This document shows, piece by piece, positions 14,301-30,180 of a stretch of 64,000 nucleotides of DNA. The DNA is taken from the NCBI RefSeq assembly GCF_009914755.1, contig NC_060938.1; one strand, written 5' to 3'. This DNA comes from the human T2T-CHM13v2.0 reference genome, Homo sapiens. The position numbers and the translations under genes were made by a program. Below the pieces are notes generated by a model, which did no database searches, had not been told where the DNA came from, and worked only from the letters and a program-made list of their open reading frames with translations. Position 1 is the stretch's first letter, and every line of letters starts with the position of its first letter.

Positions 14301-17300
14301 GTATTTTTTCAAACCAAAAACAGAATGGTACTGTATATACTGATTTGTAATCTCTTTTTGAAAAAACATATTTTTTAATCTAAAAGAAATTCATAGTTGT
14401 AAGAAAAGTTCTTTCTGATTATGCCAGTAGATTTATTTCTTCCCTGTGCTTTCTTATAATAGGGGATTAGATAGTTGCTATGCATATTTTGGTTCAAGTT
14501 CATTAAATTCAAAAACTGGGATGAGAAATTTTCAACCCCCACACACCAACTCTTCTAATTAGCTGATAAACTCTGAAATAAATTATTTGTATCTTTGACA
14601 AAATGTGAAGAGGAAACTGCTCTGAGTTTTGAAGGTCATTATAAATGCTAAGAGGAAAGGGGTGAGCACCAATCTTCGAAATCCAGGCACTCACTCATCA
14701 GATGTCTGGTGAGTCCAAAATCTCTGTCTTATGATGATAACCTTAAGTAACAACCTTAAATATACATCAGATAGCTCTGATATTTGTAAAGAAAGTTTTC
14801 TTTCTTCCATTAAAAAATACTGTATAGGTAGATATAGATGTGTGTGTATACACAAACACTCACACACACACACACATACGGAGAGACAGCATTAACAGTC
14901 TTTTGAAAACTTTTATTTTGAAACATTTTTTGTTGTGAGGTGTTTCTTCCCTGGACAAGTACATCTTTTCTTTTCTTTTCTTTTCTTTTTATATAGATAT
15001 ATGAGTTTTCCCTACTCCAGAAACACGCATTCAAGATTGATTCTCTCTAGGTACCCACTTAAGGCTTATTTTTAGAATTCCAGCAATCTAATTTTTTTTT
15101 TACCTCCAACTTTTATTTTGGAAAAGGCAATCTACTTATTCTTCACATCCTCATAAGGAAATGGACATTGCTTTATTTTATATGTGAGCCAGAGCTCGAG
15201 ATAATGATAAATCTTGCCAGAGGCCTCAAGGATACTAAGCATGAACTCTGGGAAAAAAATTTGTGTTTGTTTTGTTTTTGGAGGGTGTCCCTCATTCCCA
15301 GCCTTGGGTTAAGATGATTCTGCTTTTCTCAAAATGTTTGAATGACAGGATGAACTTCAATGTTTGCATCATTTCCCCTGTTTTATACTCTCCTCGCATA
15401 GACCACAGCTGAGAGTTTTAGAGAAAAGGCGCTTTCGGCAAGTGCAAAGTGGTATTGTCATGTTGCTACTGGAGCTGTCTGTGACAGCCAAGAAAATAGG
15501 ACAGAATCAAAAGGAAGTAAAATAAGTCATAGTGAAACCTTCTCCCTTAGAGGAAGGAAAGCAAACATTGAAATATTGCTTTTTTTCTTGGCTACTTATT
15601 AAAGGGGAGATTTGCCTGCTGTGCTGGAAGAGTCTTTTATTCATCGTTTTGTTGATGGGAGGTATCCAACTTGAGGTTTGTTTTTGTCTGTGTAATCCAT
15701 TCTGTTTTTAAAGGTGAACTCTACTGAGATAAGTATTGAACAGATTCAGCATTTCTCTGATTAGAAAATATGTTGATTTGCTATAATCATTCAATAATTT
15801 AAACTGGACCCAATTTCCCAAAACAGTTCAATTTAAGTGTTTGCTGCAAATCAATTCACATTTCTGAAATATCTGAAGTCATTATTTATATGAGAGTCTT
15901 ATTTTACTTCTAATATGGCTCAGTTTGTTTGCAACAAGATGCTATTTGGATCTTTTGTGGAACTTACATTGTTTGGTCACTTTCAGAAATGTTTAGGTTC
16001 AGGGTATTGTAAATTAATCAACAAATATAAAAACCTAGAGTTTATAGGTATAGAATTATAGTGCAACATTATCCAATTAAATACCCCACATCCTATTTTC
16101 ATAAGTCCAAGGTCATTGGTCTAAATTACAATTATATGATTTCTGTTATGATTGTTAGTGATTGCTATAATTTGACTAATTATTGCCTAAACAATGAAAG
16201 TTGGCTGGGACCCAAATTGCAACAAATGCTTTTTTATGTGAGGAGAACAAGGAAACTAAATGCTTTTTTCTTTCGTCATTCATTCATAGGGGCTGCAATT
16301 AATCATAAATATTGCACGGGACCAGGGCATGGAGAGTAGAAAGCTTCCTTTATTTTCCAGAATTATCTTTCTTGAACGGTATGGAAGGCAACCCTCCAGA
16401 GAAAAATAAATGATCATGTTTAGAGAAACATCATTTTGACTAATTGGAAGGATAGTGGAAAAATCCCACAGGAAATGGTCCGGAGCCTGTGACTTTTATA
16501 GTCAATACTCTTCTTAGGTAGAGCAAACATTGTATTTAAATTGAAGGTACCATCTGCCCAACCTTCTAATCTGACCACAGGTTCAAGAAAAGTCATTGCC
16601 AGATAAGGAAATAATGTTTCATGAAATATAGGCTGAACTTGTGTCTAGACAATAAGAACGTGATTAAAAACAAGGATGCTATCTTTTGAAAAGGCACATG
16701 CGCTTTTAGGCAATTTAATATATTACATAATTTATAAAACGTTCTTAAGCTTTCCAGCCTTTTTCAGTCATTTCTTTGTCTGTTTGACCACAAGCTTTAA
16801 ATGAATGGATCATAAGAGAAATTGGTCATTGTCACTTTTCAAAGCTTGAGATCTGTGTGATTGCAGATAACACAGAACCCCAAAATTCAGAATAGAAAGG
16901 CTGGGGAAGAAAATAGTGTGCACTGTTTAGCTGTGCCCCTAAGATGTTAGGAATTGCACAGGGTTCCTGGGATTCCTTAGCATCTCTACTCAGGCTGAGA
17001 AACACTGGTCCTTAAAGGTGAGGGGTGGACTGTAAGGGTCCCACTGCTGAAGGAGTGCTGCTGGGATATCCCAAGCTCCCTAGTCAGAGTTGGCAAGAAA
17101 TTTCTTCTAGGCATCTCCAGGCAGTGAGATTTTCCCAGTCAGAGTCATATGAAAGAGAATTCTATTTGTCTTATGGCCAATTCCCCCACATTTTAGATAG
17201 AGAGTTGCCCTGTCTTCCCCACCCCTTCGCAAGGAGCTTTACAACTTGAAATGTGTTCACGGAGGCTGTAATTCCATGCCCCCAAATTTTGGAACCTCGG

Positions 17301-17689
17301 TGCTAGAGAAATATCTATCAAAAAGAGTAACAGATTGAATAGGACAAGTAAGGAATCCCAGGATTCCTTAGCTAATTTCACATTCCAAAATTAATAGTAT
17401 GGCTTCTGAAGTACTGAATGAAATAAATTGCCTTTAGTAAAGCACAATGTAGCATAAACTAAAAATATAAGTTTCTTATTTAAATCTCATTTGAACATTT
17501 TATGATGCTTACCTTGGAGATTGTCTCATTACTTTGGCTACTAATGATGTGTAGGCAGAGATAAGCTAACTGTTGTAGAGCTGGATTTATGGAAACAGAA
17601 GAGGAATTTCCTTTCTATTCTTCACTTCTGGAAGGTAGTATGTCATACTTTTTAAACATATCAGATCTGGAACCCAGCTGCCTGGGTTA

Positions 17690-18005
<316 letters not shown>

Positions 18006-20529
18006 GCTGATTCTGCTATTACCAGATGTGAATCCTTAGACAAGCTGCTTAACTTCTTTGAGCCTCAGTTTCCTTCTCTGTAAAACAGAATATATACTTA
18101 TCCTTAGCTCAAAGGATTACCATTAGGATTAACCAAGATCATTCATGTCAAACATTTGATAAATTTTAGCTGCCATTGTAATTAATACATTTTATCTACT
18201 TTGATAGTCCTTCTTCCTTCTTCTGGCCTTTCAGACACCAGAGTTATTCAGAATTACGCTTCAGAATTACTTCGTCTACCAATTTACAAAATAGACACAT
18301 TACCAACTGAGGCCTGTCTCTCTGTTTCCCTCAACATTGATAGGATATCCTTAGACCATAATTATACCCAAAATTGTTTAAGTGGGCCAGAGTCTCTAAG
18401 AAATTAGGTAATTAAATGCAAATTTTGCAGGCCAAGTTGCATTCCAATGATTTCTGAAAATCATAATTATAGAAGTCCTTGGTCCACAGGGGGCATACTC
18501 ATCTAATTTGACTTGGTAAAGAGAGCTCTGCAGTTCCACCAGCCCCTTTCAGGCTCACAGAACTGTTTTCTCACTTTAGAAGATGCAGAAAAATGTGAAG
18601 GAGGAAGGTGCTTAAGCATCTACAGAGCCTGGTGCCTCGCTGGCCTTTGACGGCTTGTCAGTGGTTTGGTTCTGGTGTTTCATATTTTAGGTTGTGTGTG
18701 AATTAGAGGTTATTGGCTGAAATTTTTTTAAGTCAGAAATGCACCAGTTCCTTTGGATTTTTAAGGCATAGAATTCATGGATGTTATTAAAGATGAGTAT
18801 ACATATTTTAAAAATTGTTTTTCTTAGAATTTTTGACCTAAAACAGTAACATTTTCATTTTGACTTCTGAGCTTACCTTACAAGCAAATAGACTGTAGCA
18901 ATATTATCCTCCTTAGCTGCAGCAGAAACATTTTATCTTTCTTGGACGCTGCAAAATCATAAACTGAAGAAGTCAAAGTCAATTTATGAACTCTCCAAGA
19001 TCTTGCTAAAGAAATAGCTAGAAAATACATAGAAAAAGTATATTTATCCCTGTGATACATGCAAAATAATCTCAGTACACTTCCCTAAATGACTCTACTA
19101 TGCTATACAGGCTATGTAAGATTATGAATGCATTGAGTTTACTTAATACATTGCTTTTGGGAATGTGGTATAATTGAAAGCTTTGGAGATAAAACTGGCA
19201 TTGATTGAGTTGAGAAGTTCCTTTTTAAATAAGAGCTGTTAAATTATACTGCAAAATGTTGGAGGAAATATTATACACTATCTAAATGTGAAATTAATGT
19301 TTTTCTCAACATTGCTGTAAGTAGTGCATCTTAACTTAGTTCACAATTGAGTGAATTTTTTCTTTTGTTTCTAGTGATTCAGAATTCCTATGTAATAATA
19401 CATTTTTTTATTGTCTCTTTCTGCAACCAAATTCTGCCGCCAAATTAGTGTGTTTGAAGAAGCAAATTAGTGGCTTCTGGGAAGGTATTAATAAGTCACA
19501 GAGCAAAGAGGAATATTTCAAGGGAGGTAAATATATATACAATTTTCTGACGGTACAACAAGTTCACTTTGTGGTTTTCCTCATTGATTTAGAACTATGT
19601 ATTTTTTGCATCAGTGGCCTTCCTTCTCATTTATAACTTGTGACTTCATTTGTGTGACTCATTTCATTAAGTTTGTCTCCATGAACACTAACCACCCAAT
19701 ATGCCATACTGTGAGCATTTTTCTCTAAGATATAAATCAGCAATTCTTAACCTGTGCTTTTAACATCCAGTGGTATATTAATATAAATCAAGGGGTATCT
19801 TTAGTTTTTTAAAAACAAGCTCAAAATAGCTTTAAACTTCAAGATACTATTGAAAATTAGAACGAATTATTATGCAAAAACTTGATTTTTTTTGCCTTTT
19901 TAAATTTTTTTTATTTCATGCAGGATTTTGTTTTTTGTTTCTTAAGATGAACAAAAACTTGATTTTTAAGATTGGAAATACCATATACTTGAAACATTCT
20001 TAGTTACAGGTGCAACTACCCGATTGAGGAAATCCATTGCTAAGCAAACAACGGAATTGCCTTAATGATATAATTTAAGTTATATCTGCTTCCATCTTTG
20101 GATTCCCATTTCCTTCTCCCAAATGCATGATATTTGGAAGCACTTTGTTGATATTACAAATTTATAAATAAAGTAGACTTTGCTTCTTACATGTCACCAT
20201 TGAGATGTTTAGGCTCTATAGATTGTTATTTAAAAATTTGGCTTACTTCAGCCAAATAAAATCATAGGTGTATGAAATGCTTAATTTTACATGTGAGGAA
20301 AAAAAGCCCACCAAATTCAAATAAATTATTTGAGTTTTCCCAACTTGTTAGCAACAGAGTTTTACCTAGAACCCTAGGCTTCTTTACGCCAGTGTTGTAT
20401 TTTTTTCAGCTACACTAGACTATCAAATTGACAAAGCTTCATATACATTAGAATGAAGTGGTTGAGGCAAAGGAATGGTAAATTGAGAATTCACAATTTG
20501 GGGTAAGGTCAAAGTATGATCTGAGGATC

Positions 20530-20690
20530 GCCTTTGTTAATCACATGGATGCTTTCTGAAAATGTAGATTCCTAGACTCTTCCTAGGTTCCCAGACAGAT
20601 TGAATCTCAATCTCCGTGGGTGGGACCCAGGAATATGCCATTTAAACAAGTTCTCTAGATAACTTTTATGTACACTAAGGTTTACATTCC
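20530..20690. mobile_element. MER5A-like
   Basis: aaatgtagattcc...ttgaatctcaatctcc...ggacccaggaatatgccatttaaacaag. Confidence 0.55.
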
Positions 20691-23624
20691 ATAGGCCAAT
20701 GATATCCTATATATTCCTCTAGAATGTTATTTAATATGTTTTAAACTGAGGTGTTAACATTTTCCCATTTGGGGAATTTGTACTGTTTTGCCCTAGATTC
20801 TAAGGACTGGTACAGAGGAGACCTATGGTGAAAGTGAAGGGCATTGAATCTGGGTTCCAATCCAGGCTAACCTTGCTATGTGGGCCTGGGCAACTTACTT
20901 ACTGAACACTCTAAGTCTTCAATTTTTCTTCTTCGAAATAACTATAATGCCACCCTTGCAGAACTGCTGAGAGATCATAGAAATAAAATACTGTGCAGGC
21001 ACTGGGCCTGGCCTATTAAAAGCATGCAACTACTAATTACTGTCATTACCTAAGCTAACATAACTATTATTTTCCTCTTCCCTTACCTTGTAAAGTGGAA
21101 ATACACTGAATTCCTCATTGTTTCAGACCTAGCAACTATTTGTGGATTATTCCTATCTTTCGCTCCTCCTCCTCACCTCTGTGGCTTCCTGCCTACCTCT
21201 TGGCCATTTCATTGTTCATTAGTCACCTCCACCAGAAGGAGGAAAGAGAAAATAAGAAATGCAACTCAAAACATCCATTTTCTTCATATGTTATTACTCT
21301 TAGTAAAAGATTTGATTTGAAGTGATGTGGCTGAATCACTGGCCAAAATAACATTTTTGTGTTTTCTAAGAGTTTAATTTACCTATTTTTTAGACAGTTT
21401 CCATTCCGGCTCTTATAATGAAATATCCTTGCTTAAAAACAGTGATTTTAATCAACACTGCATAAGAAAAGGATATACTAAATGAATCATTTTGAATCTT
21501 GTTTCCTTCCTCAATTTTTAGGGGAACTGAGAAGATTTGGTTGAATAAAGCTCATTAAGATCCTACAGAGATGGAATCTGAGTATGAAGTAGGTCACATT
21601 CAGTCTCCCTGATAGTGCCCTTCAGGCATTGCCAACGTGGGCTTCTCGCTCAGCAGAGGTGGGTTGTGTGTGGATGGATTCCTAGACTGCAGCATGGGCT
21701 CTAACCTAATGAGAAGGTGCCTACACAGGGCCTGCAGCCAGAAGTCCTGATTTTCACGTAAAATGCCCTCAGTTCCTTCAAATCTTCAGATTTTTCCTCA
21801 GGTAAAGCTTTGTATCCTAGGTGCTTGGTATTAGGCATCTGCTTGTTGGAAAGTAAGAGAGCCACATCCGCAACTGCAAGAGTTGGGAGACTCCAGCGGC
21901 AGTAACAACCCAGGGGATCACACAAAGGTGAGCGTGACAAGAGGAGAATTTTTTTTCCCCTCTGGCACCCTGGTGTGGCAGGAGGGTACGGGTAGGGACT
22001 GGGGGCTGTCTAGAGGCCTGGTCTTTTCTCCTCCCCACTCTTCACCTGTTGCCAATCCTAGGTCCTGGAAGAATGCCTGACACGCATCCTCAGGTTGACT
22101 GACAATCTGATGTGTGGCATGACCAATGCAATAGAATAGCAGCTTCCTGAGGGCAGGTGTTTTTGGCTGCTTTATTCACTGCATTTGGAACTGGGTCTGT
22201 CCTGGAGTAGGTACCCAGTAAATATTTACTGAATAAATAGATGAAGTAAACATCAGGGTTAAAAGATACTCATTGAAAGAAAGGAAGAAGAGGGGACAAA
22301 CTGAAAGAGGGAAATCAAATCATGGAATGATTATTGGCTTGATTGAGCCAATCTGATTATCTGAAGAAAATGCCCTTTTCAGATAAAAGAAGATACTTCT
22401 TTGGGCAAAGGCATATGAGATTCCTGCTATGGCTACACCCTCCAAACAAGGTGTTAGGGTCTACCCCGGTAGTATTAATGCTAGTCTATTTGAAAAGTAA
22501 TGATAATGATAATGATGGTGAGTAATAAAAATAGCAACAGGAGCAACTAACAGTTACATGGCACTTACACCATGTGGATTATCTTCCCCAATCCATTTGT
22601 GAAACTTAATGAATGATAATAGAAGTGTAATGGCACTTTGCCACAGCAATGTGAAACTTGATATACTGTGGTATCAAGGGCATTCAGTCACAGGAATATG
22701 TTCTTGCAAACAGGTCTTAAGGGCAGTGGGCTAGTATGGTTTCCCTAAACAGACACTGTGTGTATGTGCACATGCAAATGCTTTTGTGTGTGTGTATATA
22801 CATATGCAGATAAATGCACACAGCCTATTCAAAATCATTTTGGTAATAACTTTGATTCTGGGAGTTGGGTGCTAGGTAAAGCTAAGTGTAATTTTTGCTC
22901 CAATGCCACATCCTTTTATTCAAACCATAGTTTTCTTGGAAGTTTCCAAAACCGCTAATGCAAATGACATATTCATCTGTAGAAATTTCCCTTTTAGGAG
23001 GATGGCAATATGCCAACAAAGGTGAAATATAAAGCATATTTTTAAAAAGAGCTTTAACTAGTCCTGCATTTTATAGATCTGCTTTGTGACCCTTATTTTA
23101 TCATGTCCATTTGCTGCTTTAGTACTTTGGCTCTTGAAGGCAATTTATTTAAATTCAGTGAAGGCAAACTGGAATGAATGGAACCATTAAATTGTAGTGT
23201 CCTTGAACATGTTCTCTGTGGAAAGGCCTTGGACTTTGGAGGAAGACAGACTTGGGTGGTTTAGATTTCACCTTAGCTAGTGATCACATATATGACCACA
23301 GATCACTTTCTTAACAATCAGATTTCTCCTCTTCAAAATAGAGAAATAAATAACTTCTTGGGGTTGTTGTGAGGATCAACTGAAATAATATATGTATAAA
23401 TGCTTAGCATAATAACATGGCATGATAAGGTGTGAACATAAATAAAACTTCCCTTATTACCTAGTTTTATTTGCCCTCTCAGCATCTAGTTCTAGTCCCC
23501 AGAAGTAGAATCTCAGGTAGGCTATGGGTAAACTTGGTAGGCTAGCTGGCATTCTACATTGCTGTAACCATTATTTACACATGCGTGCACACTCACACAC
23601 ACACACAAATACACACACTTTAAA

Positions 23625-23869
23625 AAAATTAATTTAATTTAATTTTAAATTCCAGGATACATGTATGTGCAGGACATGCAGGTTTGTTACACAGGTAAAC
23701 GTGTGCCATGGTGGTTTGCTGCACCTATCAACCCATCACCTACGTATTAAGCCCCGCATGCATTAGCTGTTTATTCTGATGCTCTCCCTCCCCCACTACA
23801 CTGACAGGCCCCAGTGTGTGTTGTTCCTTTCACTATGTTCATGTGTTCTCATTGTTCAGCTCCCACTTA
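23625..23869 (-). mobile_element. L1PA 3'-end fragment
   Basis: gcaggtttgttacacaggtaaacgtgtgccatggtggtttgctgcacctatcaacccatcacc...gttcagctcccactta. Confidence 0.9.
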
Positions 23870-23870
23870 A

Positions 23871-23872
<2 letters not shown>

Positions 23873-23905
<33 letters not shown>
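23873..23905. repeat. (CA)16 microsatellite
   Basis: Read directly from the sequence. Confidence 0.95.
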
Positions 23906-23907
<2 letters not shown>

Positions 23908-23929
23908 TTTATTCTACCTGCTTAGTTTT

Positions 23930-24620
23930 TTGCAGCCTAGAAGATAAAGACCAAGCTCCTTGTTGAAGCATGCAAATCTTCCACATCTGGCTTTTGGTGT
24001 ATTGATTTCTTACAGATCCTGAACTGTTTCTTCAACCTTGCCATGCCCTTTTACACCTCTGTGCCTTAGCATATCTTTTTTTGACAGCCTGGAATGCTCT
24101 TCCACGCTTCTCCACCCAGTGAATTTCCTCTATTTCTTCTTTCAAGGTAGAGCTCAAATGTGGTCTCCTCTGTAAAGCATCTCTGGACTGCCTGGAAGCC
24201 AAGTCCCCTTTAGCCCTTTCTGGCTCCCACAGCTGTTTGTTTATATCACTATTACAGCAGCATCCTGTAGTAATTAAAATACAAACACACTTAGCAATGC
24301 CACTCTCTGGATGTGTGATCTTGGGCAAGTACCTAACCTCTGTTGGCTTTATTGTCCTCATTCGTAAGATGGAGACAATATTAGTATCCACCTGAACAGA
24401 GTTGTTTTATGTATTAAATAAAATAATCCATGTAAAGCACATAATACAGTGTCTAGAACATGGTAACTGTGCTGACTGCTCAATGGTACCTCTACTATCA
24501 TATAATAATCTCTTTGTAGGCCTATCTTTGTTAGACTCTGAGCTATTTCACTGTACACACAGTATCTAGCACAAAGCCCGGAACACAATAGGTGTTTAAT
24601 ATATGTTTGTTGTAAGGAAA
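23930..24620. mobile_element. L2 fragment interrupted by a MIR (~24300-24480)
   Basis: gcctggaatgctcttcc...ttcaagg...ctcaaatgtgg; tgtgtgatcttgggcaagtacctaacctct; tctagcacaaagccc...aataggtgtttaatatatgtttg. Confidence 0.65.
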
Positions 24621-24971
24621 GAAGGAAGCAGACAAAGTATCTTTCATGTATATTTAAAAAGAAGAGAAAATGTTAAACTATATTATAGTTAGGAGGAAGG
24701 TTCATTAACTGTCCTTTCTTTCACCTTTTAGTTAATACTCTTAGCTCTTCACTTTTACCAGCTATAAAATGCCAGCCCCGACTCCCAAAAAAGCTTATAA
24801 GATATAATATTCAAAAAATTACAGGGCCTTAAGACCTCTGGATACTTCTTGGCTGTAGAAACTATACCAATACTGCTCCCCAAAAAGGAAGAAAATTATC
24901 TCCCATTATAAGGATGCATATAAACTGTGAAATTAAAGAATGTTGGTAAAATGGAGATCAGATAAGCCATT

Positions 24972-25391
24972 TGTGTTAGTCTGTTTTGCATTGCTATAAA
25001 GGAATACCTGAGACGGCATAATTTATAAAGAAATGTTTATTTGGCTCATGGTTCTGCAGCCTGTACAGGAAGCATGGCACTAGCATCTGCTCAGCTTCTA
25101 GCGAGGCTTCAGGAAGCTTTTACTCATGATGAAAAGCAAGGAAGGCTAGCATGTCATACAGTGAGAAAGGGAGCAAGAGAGAGGGAAGAGGGAGGTCTCA
25201 GAATCTTTAACAATCAGATCTTACATTAACTAATAGAACAAGTACTCACTTATTACAGCAGTGAGAGCACTATGCCATTCAGGAGGGATCCTCCCCCATG
25301 ACCCAAACACCTCCCACTCAGCCCCACCTCCAACACTGGGGATCACATTACAACATGAGATTTGGAGAGGACAAATACCCAAACTATATCA
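24972..25391 (-). mobile_element. MST (MSTA/B) solo LTR
   Basis: tgtgttagtc...gctataaaggaatacctgagac...caaactatatca; 5-bp TSD ccatt/tcatt. Confidence 0.88.
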
Positions 25392-26155
25392 TCATTCAAT
25401 AGCATTTCTAGAGTCCTCTATTTTCCATATAGAGTATCAGTGCTTTTGTTCTCAGGAAAATTTAGTTACCCAATTATCAATACATTTCTATTCTGAATTA
25501 ATTGTTGATAAAATGATACTATTGTCTTCTTATACTTGAAGTACAAAATAAAATGATTAAAACAAATACTGTATTTCCTTGTAATGAACTATAGCAGCCT
25601 CTTTCTGTCTGTCTAAAAGCGAGCTTTGACAACATGTTCTAGTTCAGGAGCAAGTGTTGACAAGCCAATTAATCCAGCCAAGTTTATAGTTTACCATCCT
25701 AATAGTACTGCCAATTATTTCTTAGATGCTTTGAAATTTTGTTCACATAATTTAATATTTTTGCAATTCAAGTTCCTCTTTTGCAAAAAGAAGGTAAAAA
25801 TACTTATGTGAAGGTATGAAAGTTAAGTGTGAGGTTAAGTGAATAATGTACATAAAACATCTTAGGTTCAGAGCGACTGGTGCTATTAATAATAAAAAAA
25901 AAATCTAACATGGTGTGTGTCATGCCCGATTAATATTATTCTCTTTCTCATCAAGATTTTGTTTGTGACACCATGTTTTATTCAGATTCACCTGTTTACA
26001 TATGTGGCTACCCCACTGCAATGTAAACTCATCCAAGGCAGGGATTATGTCACATTTATCTGCGGATTCCCAGTACCCAGCATACTACTTGCTGCATAAT
26101 AGGTATTTAATACATATTTATGGAAAGCAGGAAGACAGGAAGAAAGGATAGGATG

Positions 26156-26523
26156 TGATATGGTTTGGCTGTGTCCCCACCCAAATCTCATCTTGAATTG
26201 TAACTCCCACAATTCCCATGTGTCATGGGAGGAACCGGGTGGGAGGTGATTGAACAATGCGGGCGGGTCTTTCCTGTGCTGTTCTCATGATAGTGAATGA
26301 GCCTTATGAGATGTGATGGTTTTAAAAACAGGAGTTTCCTTGGACATTCTCTCCCTCTGCCTGCTGCCATCCATGTAAGATGTGACTCGCTACTCCTTGC
26401 CTTCCACTATCGTTGTGAGGCCTCTGCAGCCATGTGGAACTGCAAATTCTCCATTAAACCTCTTTCTTTTTCTTCCTAGTCTCAGGTATGTTTTTACCAG
26501 CAGAGTGAAAACAGACTAATATG
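26156..26523 (+). mobile_element. THE1 solo LTR
   Basis: tgatatggtttggctgtgtccccacccaaatctcatcttgaattgta...attaaacctc...gactaata; TSD ggatg/ggagg. Confidence 0.92.
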
Positions 26524-27239
26524 GGAGGGGAAAAAAAAGAAGAAAAGGGAGGAAATGAGGGAATTAAGTACTAGGTACAACTGAGTACAATGGAACAAAA
26601 ATCCCTACATAAAATGTTATTATAGTTTAGTTATTTATGTATTATCATATTAATTCCATTAATTCTAAGAAATGACCAGCATTATACAGTATATAGTTGA
26701 ATACTCCTTTACAATTATGAATGAAAAAAACTGTTATATGTCTCCTTTTGTTTTATGCAAGTATACATGAACAAGCATTACTGAATGAAAATTGCTTGTC
26801 AAAAATGTAACAAATGTGAGATGGGGCCATGATTTTGATGGTATGTGTCATTCATGTCAGAAAAATAAGAGAAGTGTCACTAAGTTTCAGGGCTCTTACA
26901 TGGCACTTAGAAAACTCTGCAGTATGCAATCTACTTCTTCTGTGACCTAGTCAAGGTGATTTATCACAGGTAAAATGCATGTGTTTTATGACTTTTCAGT
27001 GACATACTTGACACATAGTACAAAATGATGCAATCTGTATAGTATAAAGTTGCAATGCATACCAAATCAGAGATGTTATGCTTTTGGGTTACCTAATTCA
27101 ATGTTTGAAAGTACCTTATCTGATAGCAAGAAAAGAACAAGAAGCTGCTACCAAGATAGTTTTCAACCTTTTCCAATAGACTTCTAGTACGCCTGCTCTA
27201 ATGTATGCTATGGACCCTAACTTTCTTTATTTTAGGCTT

Positions 27240-28215
<976 letters not shown>

Positions 28216-28929
28216 TTGGTTGGTTTTGTTTTATGTTTTTTAATTTTAAACAAGCTTTAATCATAAAAATTTAAACAGCATAAAAGCCTAAGTTACAAAT
28301 TCTTCTTTGCCATCTCCTTACCCCTTTTCCTTGCACTCTATCCACTTTCCTCTGCAAGTGTGCATCTATCCAAACCTTTTCCCATATATTAAATTTATAG
28401 ATATATGTACATATACATATACTTACTCATATAAATGGTTAAAGGACATACCAATTTTTTGAGTGCCACTTTGAACTGTCTATTGCAACACTTAATAATA
28501 ATAGCCCTTTGTTTTGTTATTCTTCCCTGTTTAATAGGAGGTTGGAACTCTACCCTGGTTTGACTGATCCCTCAAATACATTCAGATGTCATCATAAAGA
28601 AGCTTTAGCTTCATAAAGAAGGAAGACAAAGGAAAAATTGTGCCACTTCTGTTAATTTAATCAGAAAGTTTTAATGATGTCTTATTACTTGGGTTTTTAT
28701 CATAATGATTTGTTTTAATGCTGAGTTCAGTTTCAGTTTTATATTTGTTCTATCTTGTGCAACGTCCAAGGATAATTTAACTATTCAAATGAAGTAGTCC
28801 CTTAAAAAATTATCCCATGGCATGGATTTGAAGAGGCAGGCAAAAATGGAATAAAGTACTTTTCAGTAGATTAGACAATTGCAATCCAGTTCTATTGAAG
28901 CCCCACGACAGGATTGCTGCTAAATTTGA

Positions 28930-29242
<313 letters not shown>

Positions 29243-29879
29243 CTTGGGGTTTAAAAAAAAATGCTTCCATGATTTCACTTCTAATGGATAAAGAGAGACA
29301 TCTAAGAAGTCTGACGTTTAAAGTGTTGAAAAAATGAGACATTCAGGCTACAACTGTAGTGGTCATGTTTTGAATTGTGTTTTTAAATGGGCATGGAGTT
29401 TTCTAAGAATGGGGATATATTGCAACCTCTCACATGGAAAGTTATAAATAATGTTCAAAGGGGATTGAGGAACCAGGGCCATAGAGTTTTGGAAAAATAT
29501 TGGAAGATGACTTAACTGTCGGCCATTTGACCATGCTTCCTGGACTTCCTCCTGTATTATCCCTGCACCCTCTCCTACCTAACCTGTCTGCTATAGTCAC
29601 AAATGCAAGTTAATCTTCTTTATCACTTTTATTGTTAGGCCTGTTCTACAGCTTCAAAAATCAGAAAATTTTAAAGTGGAAAACGGGTCTTTGGAGACTA
29701 CCGACTCCTTTCCCTGGCCTGAAGCAATAAAACTATGAGCTGAAGTTCAGTGCAGTCACAGTTCAGCTTTCCAAATGCTTCCTACTAAGTTTATTTCTTT
29801 TAACTTTTTTTTCATTAAAAAGGATGGATAATAAGAACAGAATGAAATTAAATCAAAACTAAAAATTGCCCCCTCTCTA

Positions 29880-30180
29880 TACCCTCTAGACAAGTGCCTG
29901 TCCCTTGGCTCTTCCCTACTCTGTTCACTGTGATGGCTCTCTCTCCTCCTTCAGACTCTGGCTAGTCTTCATCTCCTCAGGGAGGCCTTCCTCAGTGCAT
30001 CTTCACACCCAGTGAAAAGTGTTCTAGCGTGATTAACACTATAGTTTGATGTTCTTCTGTTTGCCTCTCACATTAAACAACGAGGGTAGGGGATTTGTCT
30101 CTATCTTAATATCTTCAGCACCAAGCACAATATCCAACACTCAGTAAATATTGGTTAAATGAAAGGATGAATGAACAATT
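29880..30180. mobile_element. L2 fragment
   Basis: catctcctcagggaggccttcc...gagggtaggggatttgtc...cactcagtaaatattggttaaatgaa. Confidence 0.6.
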
